Below are positions 9,721 through 18,389 of a DNA stretch of 64,000 nt, piece by piece (position 1 is the first letter of the stretch; every line of letters begins with the position of its first letter). The notes under the pieces are model-generated. The model saw nothing but the letters and a program-made list of their open reading frames with translations, was not told the DNA's origin and did no database searches. Made by a program: the position numbers and the translations under genes. The DNA is taken from NCBI GenBank assembly GCA_963555995.3, contig OY821641.1, positions 320,001-384,000 of the forward strand. The letters run 5' to 3'. Source of the stretch: Vicinamibacteria bacterium. GTDB taxonomy: Bacteria; Acidobacteriota; Vicinamibacteria; Marinacidobacterales; Marinacidobacteraceae.

Positions 9721-10099
9721 TGTCTGGAATCTCTATGGAAGGTGTGAGGTGAGATTTTCGGGTACGGGCGAGACTGAGGTCGCGGGGGGGCGTCCGATTC
9801 GTCTTCTTGATGAAGCCGTGCCGGAGGATCATCTCGTTTTCGTGAATGCAGAACAGGACTCGGGCAATTCGGTCCCGCAGACTGCTTCTCGTCTCGAACA
9901 GGCCGTCGCCGAGCGGTCGGCAGACAGGCAATCCAACCGGCCACCCGTATTCCACGGTCTTGAGGTCCGTGCCGATCGTGATTCGATCCTCCTTGGCCAG
10001 CCCCCGAAGCCAGTCTCGAACCGGTTCGACGCCGTTGGCGGACCGGTAGAACCGAGCGGGAATTCGCTTCGGGAGGGACAATTCGCCGGAGTGTATCAA
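9713..10099 (-). CDS. RelE/HigB-like toxin (Gp49/DUF891-like)
   Basis: FYRSANGVEPVRDWL, GWPVGLP.CRPL.DGLFETR, HGFIKKT; toxin-first order; start uncertain. Confidence 0.85.
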   Translation of the reverse strand: MIHSGELSLPKRIPARFYRSANGVEPVRDWLRGLAKEDRITIGTDLKTVEYGWPVGLPVCRPLGDGLFETRSSLRDRIARVLFCIHENEMILRHGFIKKTNRTPPRDLSLARTRKSHLTPSIEIPDND

Positions 10100-10161
10100 T
10101 AATGATACGACGGGGGGATGGCCGATCGCGCGGAAGGGCTGCGGTATCGTCCGACGCCGTC

Positions 10162-10893
10162 ATGTCCGGCTGGTCGCGAAGGCGGTTCCTGGAGGGCGGA
10201 TCGGCGGCGGCAGCGATCTCCGCCGTGTGGGGATGCGCGCTGGAGGAGCGGACCGAGACCTCGCCGGGCGTGATGCAGCCTTCAACCAGCCCGGCGCCGC
10301 CCTCCGGCCCGCGGCGCGCGCTTGCGGAGCCGGGCCCGATGATCCCGCCCTGTCCGGCGATCCTGCTCACCGTGAACGGCCGGCCCGGCGACCCGGACGA
10401 GATCTCGGTGCTCTGGACGTTCGTCGTGAACGGCGACCCGCCCCAGATCGGGGTGAGCGCGGGCTTCGAGCACCAGGCGCGGGAACTCCTCGACCTCCAC
10501 GACGAGTTCGTGCTGAACGTTCCGGTGGCCTCGATGATCGAGGCGTTCGACACGGTGGACATGAACTCCAGCCGGGTCGCCGACAAGTTCGAGCTCGCGG
10601 GCCTGATCCGGGGCGCGGCGTCTGCGGTCGCGGCCCCCACTGTGGCGGAGTCCCCGATCCACTGCGAGTGCCGGACCATCGCCTCCCTTGAGGTGGCGCC
10701 GGTGCGGAAGCTCTTCATCGCGGAGGTGGTCGCGACGACCGCGATGGAGGGCGCCGTGGACGACGGCGGCCGGCTGATCGTACCCGCCGTGGACTTCTTC
10801 GGGATGACCGCCGGGAGCGGCGAGCACTACACGATGGGCCGCCGGGTGGGGAACATCGGAATGACGGTCGGCCGGTCCGACATCAAGTACTGA
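10162..10893 (+). CDS. Flavin reductase-like protein with Tat (lipo)protein signal
   Basis: SRRRFL twin-arginine motif and VWGC; EFVLNVP, DKFELAG, P.VAESP.HCECR. Confidence 0.8.
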   Translation: MSGWSRRRFLEGGSAAAAISAVWGCALEERTETSPGVMQPSTSPAPPSGPRRALAEPGPMIPPCPAILLTVNGRPGDPDEISVLWTFVVNGDPPQIGVSAGFEHQARELLDLHDEFVLNVPVASMIEAFDTVDMNSSRVADKFELAGLIRGAASAVAAPTVAESPIHCECRTIASLEVAPVRKLFIAEVVATTAMEGAVDDGGRLIVPAVDFFGMTAGSGEHYTMGRRVGNIGMTVGRSDIKY

Positions 10894-11038
10894 CGGCCCC
10901 GCGGGTCAAACCCGCCAGGGAGGAGAAATCCGTGGCTGAAGCGCTCAGGGACGTTCAAAAGGCCAGCGGGATCAACTTTGGGGCCCAGCCCCTGAACAGT
11001 CTGGGCGAAGGGGCAACCAGCGTGGGCTACGCCGCCTG

Positions 11039-11255
11039 CTGGGAGCGCCGGTCTTCAGACCGGCACGCGCCGCGCGACAGCGCAGCGCACGGCACGACAC
11101 GGGCCGGCGCAGTGGCGCTCTGCTCCCGGTTCATCACCGCAGACAGCGACACGACATCTGCGGGCCTCCGGCCCGCGGTGCTGCTCTGAAGAGCGGCGCT
11201 CTCAGCCGTCTTCGCTGTTTCATGCCCGGCGGGGTGGGCAGGAGGACCGATCATG
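11039..11255. repeat. REPIN-like element (two inverted REPs plus spacer), copy 1
   Basis: Colinear with 27197-27415 across both REPs, the spacer and the 3' flank (CATGCCCGGCGGGGTGnGCAGGAGGACCGATC). Confidence 0.8.
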
Positions 11256-11401
11256 AGGGTATCGCGCGGACTGGAAGCGCAATGTGACTGCCCTCCTTCC
11301 CCGGGTGCGGAGCAACCGTTCGACGAAGTATGGGACGAGGTCGTGTCCTACATGGGCCGGATCGCCAGCGCCGTGCGCGGCACGCCAGCCCCGGAGTTCC
11401 T

Positions 11402-12676
11402 TCAGTACCCCAGCAGGTTCGGCAGGAAGAGCACTACGTCCGGGAGGAAGGCGATGACCAGGGTGAGCGCCAGCATGAGGGCCAGGTAGGGCCAGAGCGG
11501 GCGGGCGACCTTGGCGGGTTCGACCCCTCCCACCGAGCAGGCCACCAGCAGGCTCACCCCCACCGGCGGGAGGAAGACGGAGATCCCCTGGGTCGCCACG
11601 ATGACGGCGCCGAAGTGCACGGGGTCAATCCCGAGCTGGCGTGCGATGGGGAGCAGGATCGGCGTGAGCATGACGACTGCGGGCACGCCCTCGAGGATGG
11701 CGCCGAGCGGCAGGAACACCAGGATCGTGAGGATCAGGAAGCCGGCCGCGCCGCCGCCGAGTCCCACCACCGAGGAGGCGAGCGCCTGGGGCACTTCCTC
11801 GACGGCGAGGACCCAGCCCAGCAGGCGGGCGGCGCCCACCACGAAGAGCACCATCCCCGAGACGACGGCGGTCTGGACGACCTTGCTCCAGAGTGCCCGT
11901 GCGGTCAGCGACCGGTAGATCGGACCGGCCAGGAGCAACGCGTAGGCGACGGCGACCGCGGCCGCCTCGGTGGGGGTGAAGAGGCCGAAGCGGATGCCGC
12001 CCAGGATGACCACGATCATGAAGAGCGGCAGCACGGCGTCGAATCCCGCGCGCCGGACCTCCGGGAACGACGCGCGCTCGCCGGCCGGCCATCCCTGCCG
12101 CCGCGCCTGCCACCCGATCTGCGCCATCAGGCCCGCGGCGATGAGGAGCGCGGGCGCGATCGAGGCGACGAACAGGGCGCCGATGGAGACGCCCCCGATG
12201 ACGCCGTAGATCACCATCACGATGGCCGGCGGAATGAGGATCCCCATCCCGCAGGCGGCGGACACGATCGCCGTGGAGCGTTCCCGGTTGTATCCGTTCG
12301 CGGTGAGCTGGGGCACCATGATGCCCCCGATGGCGGCCGCGTCCGCGGACGTGGAGCCCGAGACTCCCGAGAAGAACATCTCGGCCAGGATGACCACCTG
12401 CCCGAGCCCCCCGGGGAGGTGTCCGACGAGCGACCGCGCGAGCGTCACCAGCCGGCGGCTGATCCCGCCGACGTCCATCAGGAAGCCCGCCAGGATGAAG
12501 AGCGGTACCGCGAGCATCGGGAAGGAGTCCATCCCCGCGACGATCTGCTGCGGGACGAGGACGAGCGGGAGGTCCGCCGCCACGATGGCGATGACGGCGG
12601 CGGTGGCGAGCGCGAAGCCGATGGGCACGGCGGCCAGCACCAGCGCGCCGAAGGCGCCCAGGAGGAGGCCGCCCAT
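11402..12676 (-). CDS. dctM: TRAP transporter large permease
   Basis: SFPMLAVPLFILAG, GVSGSTSADAAAIG, LIPP, GLFTPTEAAA, PPVG. Confidence 0.93.
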   Translation of the reverse strand: MGGLLLGAFGALVLAAVPIGFALATAAVIAIVAADLPLVLVPQQIVAGMDSFPMLAVPLFILAGFLMDVGGISRRLVTLARSLVGHLPGGLGQVVILAEMFFSGVSGSTSADAAAIGGIMVPQLTANGYNRERSTAIVSAACGMGILIPPAIVMVIYGVIGGVSIGALFVASIAPALLIAAGLMAQIGWQARRQGWPAGERASFPEVRRAGFDAVLPLFMIVVILGGIRFGLFTPTEAAAVAVAYALLLAGPIYRSLTARALWSKVVQTAVVSGMVLFVVGAARLLGWVLAVEEVPQALASSVVGLGGGAAGFLILTILVFLPLGAILEGVPAVVMLTPILLPIARQLGIDPVHFGAVIVATQGISVFLPPVGVSLLVACSVGGVEPAKVARPLWPYLALMLALTLVIAFLPDVVLFLPNLLGY

Positions 12677-13143
12677 CAGCCGCTCTCCTCGCCGCGGCCC
12701 GCTCCCCCGGCCAGCAGGTGGATCGCCATCAGCGCCCCGGAAACCGGCGCCGCGGCATAGACGAGCGCGATCGGCAGGTCCAGCGCCGCGGAGCGCTCGT
12801 CCAGGGTGAGGTCCATGAGGGCGATCCCGGTGCCGATGAGCAGGAGCGCGAACGCCAGCACGACCGCCCAGGCGATCCGCTCCACGGCGCGCCGCGCCCG
12901 CGGGGCCAGCTTCTTCGTGACCTGGTCGAAGCCGAAGTGGGCCCGGTGCTCCACCGCCAGCGAGGCCCCGAGCAGGGACACCCAGATGAAGGCGAAGCGC
13001 GAGAGCTCCTCGCTCCAGGGGTTCGGGGTGGCGAAGAGGTAGCGCATCAGGACCTGGAGGAGGACCACGGCGCAGACGGTGATGACCAAGGTGCCCGCGG
13101 CGCAGGTCTCGAGCGTCACGAGGATCCGGTTGAGTCGCTTCAT
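12676..13143 (-). CDS. dctQ: TRAP transporter small permease
   Basis: QVLMRY, WSEELSR, 4 TM helices; coupled to dctM. Confidence 0.9.
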   Translation of the reverse strand: MKRLNRILVTLETCAAGTLVITVCAVVLLQVLMRYLFATPNPWSEELSRFAFIWVSLLGASLAVEHRAHFGFDQVTKKLAPRARRAVERIAWAVVLAFALLLIGTGIALMDLTLDERSAALDLPIALVYAAAPVSGALMAIHLLAGGAGRGEESG

Positions 13144-14261
13144 TCGTTGCGCCGTCCCCGGTTGGGTGGGCGCGAAGCGGGTGTTTGCGTCTGCGAGTCT
13201 CGCGTCGCTTCGCTCCGCGATGCCGGTCTGAAGACCGGCGCTCCCGTGTGTTCCGCCTCCGCCACCAGCCGGGTGATCAACGCCTCGCCGTCCGGCAGGC
13301 GGGCGGCCAACTCATCCCGGATGCGCGGCTTGACGGCCGGGGCGAACGGCGCCAGGTCCGGGCGCGAGATCTCCACGTCGTTCGCACGCATTTCGGAGAT
13401 CGCCTCCGCCTCCATCCGGCGGGCGACCTCGCTCTGATAGGCGAGCGCGTCCGCCGCCGAGCGGTCCACGGTCTCCCGGACGTCCGGCGGCAGCGAGCGG
13501 TAGAACGGCTCGTGCACCAGCAGCGTGATCGGGTTGTAGGTGATGGAGGTGAAGCTGTAGAACTTCGCCACCTCGTAGAGCCGGCTGCTCACGAACCCGA
13601 CGGCGTTCGCCTCCCCGCCGTCAATCACGCCCTGCTGGAGCGCCGAATAGACCTCGCCGTAGTTCATCGGCGTCGCCTGGACCCCCAGCGCCGAATAGGC
13701 CGCGAGATACGTCGCGTTCTGGAGGACTCGCAGCTTGAGGCCGGCCAGGTCCCCGGGCGCCTCGACCGATCTCCGCCGGTTGTACACGTGGCGGAACCCG
13801 TAGTCGAGGAACCCGAGCGAGCGGACGCCGGTGCGCTCGAGGAGGAGATCCCGCCACCAGTCCCCGACGGAGCCCTGCATCACCCGGAGCCCGTGGTCCC
13901 GCGTCTCGAAGAGGAACGGGAGGTCGAACACCTGGGTCTCCGGCACCCAGCCGGAGAGCACCGGGGTACCCGTGATCGCCACCTGCACCGCGCCGGCCTG
14001 GATCTGCTCGAAGGCGACCCGCTCGCCGCCGAGCTGTCCCGACGGATAGATGACGACCCGGAAGCGCCCGCCGGTCCGCTCGTCCATGAGGTCCCGGAAG
14101 CGCTCCGCCATGAGGTGGAACTCCGAGCTGGTCGAGAGCACGTGGGAGAAGCGGACGGTCCAGGTGGGCGGATCGGGTCCGGGCCCGCCGCACGACAGCG
14201 CGAGGAGCGCGGATAGCGCCGGACCAGAACCGACACGAGCGAGCGCACCTCGCGCGATCAC
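13140..14261 (-). CDS. dctP: TRAP transporter substrate-binding protein
   Basis: YPSGQLGGE, FDLPFLF, DLAGLKLRV, EVYSALQQGVIDG; the C-terminal tail is REP-derived. Confidence 0.92.
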   Translation of the reverse strand: MIARGALARVGSGPALSALLALSCGGPGPDPPTWTVRFSHVLSTSSEFHLMAERFRDLMDERTGGRFRVVIYPSGQLGGERVAFEQIQAGAVQVAITGTPVLSGWVPETQVFDLPFLFETRDHGLRVMQGSVGDWWRDLLLERTGVRSLGFLDYGFRHVYNRRRSVEAPGDLAGLKLRVLQNATYLAAYSALGVQATPMNYGEVYSALQQGVIDGGEANAVGFVSSRLYEVAKFYSFTSITYNPITLLVHEPFYRSLPPDVRETVDRSAADALAYQSEVARRMEAEAISEMRANDVEISRPDLAPFAPAVKPRIRDELAARLPDGEALITRLVAEAEHTGAPVFRPASRSEATRDSQTQTPASRPPNRGRRNE

Positions 14262-14311
14262 GAGTCGTCGGTTCCTGTTTCGATGTCAACCCCAGGCGCG
14301 TCGAGCACCAT
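14258..14311 (-). pseudogene. Stub of a VapC/PIN toxin gene
   Basis: MVLDA... begins in a TGATG overlap with the antitoxin stop and ends after 17 aa. Confidence 0.5.
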
Positions 14312-14541
14312 CAGAGGGACTCACGGCCTTCCCGAATGATTGCGGCGAGGTCCACGTCCGGTTCGAGGATGGGGCGAGCGCGGATGCGATCCAGCACTTC
14401 CTGCCGGCTCGGGCGCTCCAGATGCGCATGGATCATCCGGAGGAGATAGCCCGACAAGGTGAATCCCTCGGCGGCGGCGCGCGCCTTCAGGGCTCGGTGG
14501 GTCGCCGGCGGGACATTGCGGATCTGGATGTGCCGGTTCAT
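14311..14541 (-). CDS. FitA/VapB-like ribbon-helix-helix antitoxin
   Basis: MNRHIQIRNVPPATHRALKARAAAEGFTLSGYL...AAIIREGR. Confidence 0.8.
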   Translation of the reverse strand: MNRHIQIRNVPPATHRALKARAAAEGFTLSGYLLRMIHAHLERPSRQEVLDRIRARPILEPDVDLAAIIREGRESL

Positions 14542-14555
14542 TCGGTTTCGGGTGA

Positions 14556-15320
14556 TCAGGCGCCCCAGATCGTCTGGCCGGCGTCTATGAACAGGCTGGC
14601 GCCGGTCACGAGGCGCGCCTCGTCGTTCGACGCGAGGTACACCACGGCCGCCACCAGGTCGTCGGGGACGCCGATCTCCCCGAGCGGGATGCGGGCGAGC
14701 CGGCGCTGCCGGAAGTCGTCCCGGGCGATGTCGGCCCGGTTCATGTCGGTCTCGATCAGGCCCGGAGCGATCGCGTTCACCCGGATCCGATGCGGCGCGA
14801 GTTCCAGCGCGAGCTGCTTGGTCAGCATCTCGACGCCGGCCTTGGATACGCAGTAGTGGGTCAGGTTCGGGGCGGCCACTGCCTGCCCGGCGGAGGACAC
14901 GTTGACGATGGCGCCCGGCGTCCCGTCCGCGACCATGCGGCGCGCCACCGCCTGGCCGACCAGGAAGTAGCCCTTCAGGTTGACGTCCAGGATGGCGTCC
15001 CACTCCTCCTCGGTGATCTCGAGGAGGGGCGTCCGCTTCAGGACGCCGGCGTTGTTGACCAGGACGTCGAGGCCGCCCAGGAAGCCGTGCGCCTCGGCGA
15101 CGATGCGCTCCACGTCCGCCCGGGAGTCGGTGGAGCCCTGGACCGCGCAGGCCCGCCGCCCCAGCGCCTCGATCTCGCGGACGGCGCGCTCGGCGTCCGC
15201 GCGGCTGCCCCGGCAGCCCACCGCCACGTCCGCCCCCTCGCGGGCGAGCCCGAGGGCGATGGCCCGGCCGATGCTGCGAGAGCCGCCGGTGACGAGGGCG
15301 CGCTTGCCTGCGAGACGCAT
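14556..15320 (-). CDS. SDR family oxidoreductase
   Basis: TGGSRSIG, NNAG, YCVSK (YxxxK), IRVNAIAPG. Confidence 0.92.
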   Translation of the reverse strand: MRLAGKRALVTGGSRSIGRAIALGLAREGADVAVGCRGSRADAERAVREIEALGRRACAVQGSTDSRADVERIVAEAHGFLGGLDVLVNNAGVLKRTPLLEITEEEWDAILDVNLKGYFLVGQAVARRMVADGTPGAIVNVSSAGQAVAAPNLTHYCVSKAGVEMLTKQLALELAPHRIRVNAIAPGLIETDMNRADIARDDFRQRRLARIPLGEIGVPDDLVAAVVYLASNDEARLVTGASLFIDAGQTIWGA

Positions 15321-15422
15321 GGGGATCGGCGGTCCCGCCGCAGGAGACCGCGAGCGGCCTAACGTAAGCGCCGGGGCCGGGATTTGCAATGCGGCCGCGC
15401 CCTGGCCTCGGCGCGTTCCTCC

Positions 15423-16706
15423 CTACCGTGCCCCGATCGCCGCGAGCCCGGCCTCGAGTCGCCGTTCGGCCTTCGCGTCGCCGGCGAAGCGGAGCAGCCC
15501 GCGCCGGAGCAGCCGCTGCGCTTCGACGGCGTTGCCGCCCTCCCGGAAGACGCGCGCCACCAGCAGATGACGTTCCGGGTCTTCGGGGACCTCGATCAGG
15601 AAGCGCTGGGCGGCCCGCAGCGCCAGCCCGAAGTCCCGGTTCCGGAGCGCGTGGTTCACGAACGCGGCCACCGCGGGGAAATCGCCGGGCCGCAGCTCGG
15701 CCTCGGCGAGCAGCCGCGTGGACTCGGCGTCCATCGCGTTGCGGCGCTCGAACTCGGCGAACAGGGGCGTTGCTTCCTCCGGCCTCCCGGCCCGGCTGAG
15801 CAACTGTGCCAGGCGGAAGCGCGCCTCGTTGAGCGCGCCGTCCGCCAGGAGCGCCCGGCGGAACGCTTCCTCGGCTTCCTGCGTCCGTCCGGCATCCTGG
15901 TGGGCTTGGGCCAGCGCGAGCCGGGCCAGGGCGTTCTCCGGAGTGGCCGCGAGGACCCTTTCAAGGATCGGGAGCGCCTCCGGGGACCGCCCGAGCTTCA
16001 CCAGGATCCGGGCCAGCCGCAGCGCCGCCGGCCCGCCGGGGCCGGTCGCATCCACCAGCGGGCGAAGCATCGCGAGCGCCTCGCTCCCCCGGCCGCCACT
16101 GTCGAGGAGTTCGGCCCGGAGAAGGAGCGCCGCCGGGTTCTCCGGATCGCGGCGCAGCAGCGCGTCCGTCACCGCCGCCGCTTCGTCGAAACGGCTGGAC
16201 CGGGCCAGGATCACGGCCCGGGCGTAGGCCGCGCGCGGGTCCGTGGGGTGGCGTTCGAACCGGGCAAGGGCGCGCTGGTCGGCATGCAGCTCCATGAGCA
16301 GCCAGCCGGCCTCGACGTCCGCCAGCGAGTCTCCCGGCGGCCTCGTCCGCGCGCCCCGGTCGAAAGCTTCCAGCGCGTCGAGCGGGCGGAGACCACGCCG
16401 CAGCAGGACGCCGGCCGCGATCCAGCCGTCGGAACCGAGGTCGCCGGCGTGTTGGAACACGGCCTCGACGACGTGGGGATGCGGCGCGGCGCGGCGGACG
16501 AGATTCCACAGCACGTTCCGTCCCTCGGAGGACTCCGGATCGGCGGCGAAGCTCTCGACGAGCGGCGGGACCGCCCGCGCGGCCTCTCCGGCGGCCAACA
16601 GCCGCCGCGCTTCGCCGAGCGGCTGCCCGGCCGAGGACTGCGGACCGAGCGCAACCCCCGCAACCAGCACGAATCCCCATGCCGTCAACCGGGGCGCCCG
16701 ACACAT
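15423..16706 (-). CDS. Tetratricopeptide-repeat protein, secreted
   Basis: Signal-like N-terminus and repeated TPR helices (ALARLALAQAHQDAGRTQEAEEAFRRAL); start approximate. Confidence 0.7.
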   Translation of the reverse strand: MCRAPRLTAWGFVLVAGVALGPQSSAGQPLGEARRLLAAGEAARAVPPLVESFAADPESSEGRNVLWNLVRRAAPHPHVVEAVFQHAGDLGSDGWIAAGVLLRRGLRPLDALEAFDRGARTRPPGDSLADVEAGWLLMELHADQRALARFERHPTDPRAAYARAVILARSSRFDEAAAVTDALLRRDPENPAALLLRAELLDSGGRGSEALAMLRPLVDATGPGGPAALRLARILVKLGRSPEALPILERVLAATPENALARLALAQAHQDAGRTQEAEEAFRRALLADGALNEARFRLAQLLSRAGRPEEATPLFAEFERRNAMDAESTRLLAEAELRPGDFPAVAAFVNHALRNRDFGLALRAAQRFLIEVPEDPERHLLVARVFREGGNAVEAQRLLRRGLLRFAGDAKAERRLEAGLAAIGAR

Positions 16707-16781
16707 TTTGCTCGATGACCGGCCACAGAATACTCTCCGCCGATGCGGGAAGGGCTCGGACCATCTCGGGCAGTTTCGGCC

Positions 16782-18389
16782 ATGAGGCCCGCCGTTCGCG
16801 CGGCCGTCGCCGGCATGCTCGTTTGCCTCTCCGTCCACGCGGCGGCCCAGGAGCAGGAGGCGGCCGGCCCGTCCTTTCCTTCCGATGACCCCGTGCTCCG
16901 GGCGATCTGGGAGGAGGGCGTCGAGCGCTCCCAGGTGATGGAACTCGGCCAGGTGATGATGGACGTGATCGGGCCGCGCCTGACCGGCTCGCCGGGAATG
17001 GCCGCCGCCAACGACTGGGCGGTCGAGAAGTTCGAGGAGTGGGGCATCGAGGCGTATCAGGAGCAGTACGGGACCTGGCGGGCATGGGAGCGGGGGATCA
17101 GCCACATTGATCTCGTCGCGCCGCGGGTGCGCACGCTGGAGGGCATGGCGGCCGCCTGGAGCCCGGCCACCGACGGGCCGGTCGAGGCGGGCGTGGTGAT
17201 CCTCGCCGACGCGGACACCCCCGAGGCGTTCGCGGCGTGGCTCCCCGAAGCGCGCGGCAAGTTCGTGCTGGTCTCCCCGCCGGTGGCGAGCTGCCGCCCG
17301 CGGGACAACCTGGAGTGGTTCGCCCGGCCCGAGACGCTCGCCCGCATGGCCGGGGAAGCGGAGCGCCTGGTCGAGGACTGGGGCGACCGCTACGAGAGCG
17401 CGGGCATCGAGGGGCGCCGGCTGCCGGAAGCGCTGGACGCCGCCGGGGCCGCCGGGATCATCCGGTCACAGTGGTCCGAGGGCTGGGGCGTCATCAAGGT
17501 CTTCGGGACCAATCTGGAACGGACCCCGGTGCTGGACCTGAGCTGCGAGGCCTACGGGCTCGTCTTCCGGCTGGCCCAGAACGGCCAGGACCCGGTGCTG
17601 CGGGTGGACGCCCGGGCCGAGTTCCTCGGCGAGACGCCCGTCTTCACGGCCTTCGCGAAGATCCCGGGCGCCGCGGAACCGGAGGAGTTCGTGATCCTCG
17701 GGGGCCACTACGACTCCTGGGACGGCTCGTCCGGGGCGCTCGACAACGGCACCGGCGCGGTCGCCATCATGGAGGCGATGCGCATCCTGAAGGCGGCGGT
17801 CCCGAACCCGCGCCGCACCATCCTCGGCGCGCTCTGGAACGGCGAGGAGCAGGGCCTCAACGGGTCCCGCGCCTTCGTGGAGGACCACCCCGAGATCCTC
17901 GAACGCACCCATACGGTCTTCAACATCGATCACGGGACCGGGCCGGTCACCTTCATCCCGATGCAGGGGTTTTCCGGCGCCGGGGCGCGCTTCAGCGAGT
18001 GGCTGGCGCAGATCCCGAGCGAGCTGTCGGATCTCGTCACCCTCGAGATTCCGGGGATGCCGGAAGCCGGCGGGACGGACCACGCGTCGTTCCTCTGCGC
18101 CGGGGTGCCGGCGTTCAGCTTCCACGTGGGGGACGGCCGGGGGGAGCACCTCCCGATGGGCACGAACCGCTGGGACACGAGCATCTACACCTGGCACACC
18201 AACCGGGACAGCTTCGACAAGATCGTCTTCGAAGACCTGCGCGACGACGCGCTGATGACCGCGCTGTTCGCCTACCTGGCGTCCGAGGACGCGGAGCCGA
18301 TGCCGCGGGACCGGCGGGCGATGCCGGAGGGCGAGGCGTGGCCGGAGTGCCGCCCGCCGGAGCGCAGCTCGGAGGAGGACGGCCGATGA
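16782..18389 (+). CDS. M28 family metallopeptidase (carboxypeptidase Q-like)
   Basis: IGPRLTGS, GGHYDSW, GALDNGTG, GEEQGL, GTDH.SF, WHT..D. Confidence 0.9.
   Translation: MRPAVRAAVAGMLVCLSVHAAAQEQEAAGPSFPSDDPVLRAIWEEGVERSQVMELGQVMMDVIGPRLTGSPGMAAANDWAVEKFEEWGIEAYQEQYGTWRAWERGISHIDLVAPRVRTLEGMAAAWSPATDGPVEAGVVILADADTPEAFAAWLPEARGKFVLVSPPVASCRPRDNLEWFARPETLARMAGEAERLVEDWGDRYESAGIEGRRLPEALDAAGAAGIIRSQWSEGWGVIKVFGTNLERTPVLDLSCEAYGLVFRLAQNGQDPVLRVDARAEFLGETPVFTAFAKIPGAAEPEEFVILGGHYDSWDGSSGALDNGTGAVAIMEAMRILKAAVPNPRRTILGALWNGEEQGLNGSRAFVEDHPEILERTHTVFNIDHGTGPVTFIPMQGFSGAGARFSEWLAQIPSELSDLVTLEIPGMPEAGGTDHASFLCAGVPAFSFHVGDGRGEHLPMGTNRWDTSIYTWHTNRDSFDKIVFEDLRDDALMTALFAYLASEDAEPMPRDRRAMPEGEAWPECRPPERSSEEDGR

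Noticed and set aside
10893-11035. Possible glycine riboswitch (GGAGA...CTCAGG)
   Set aside because: The core CCGAAG element is missing and the region lies between convergent genes; a truncated gene start fits better.
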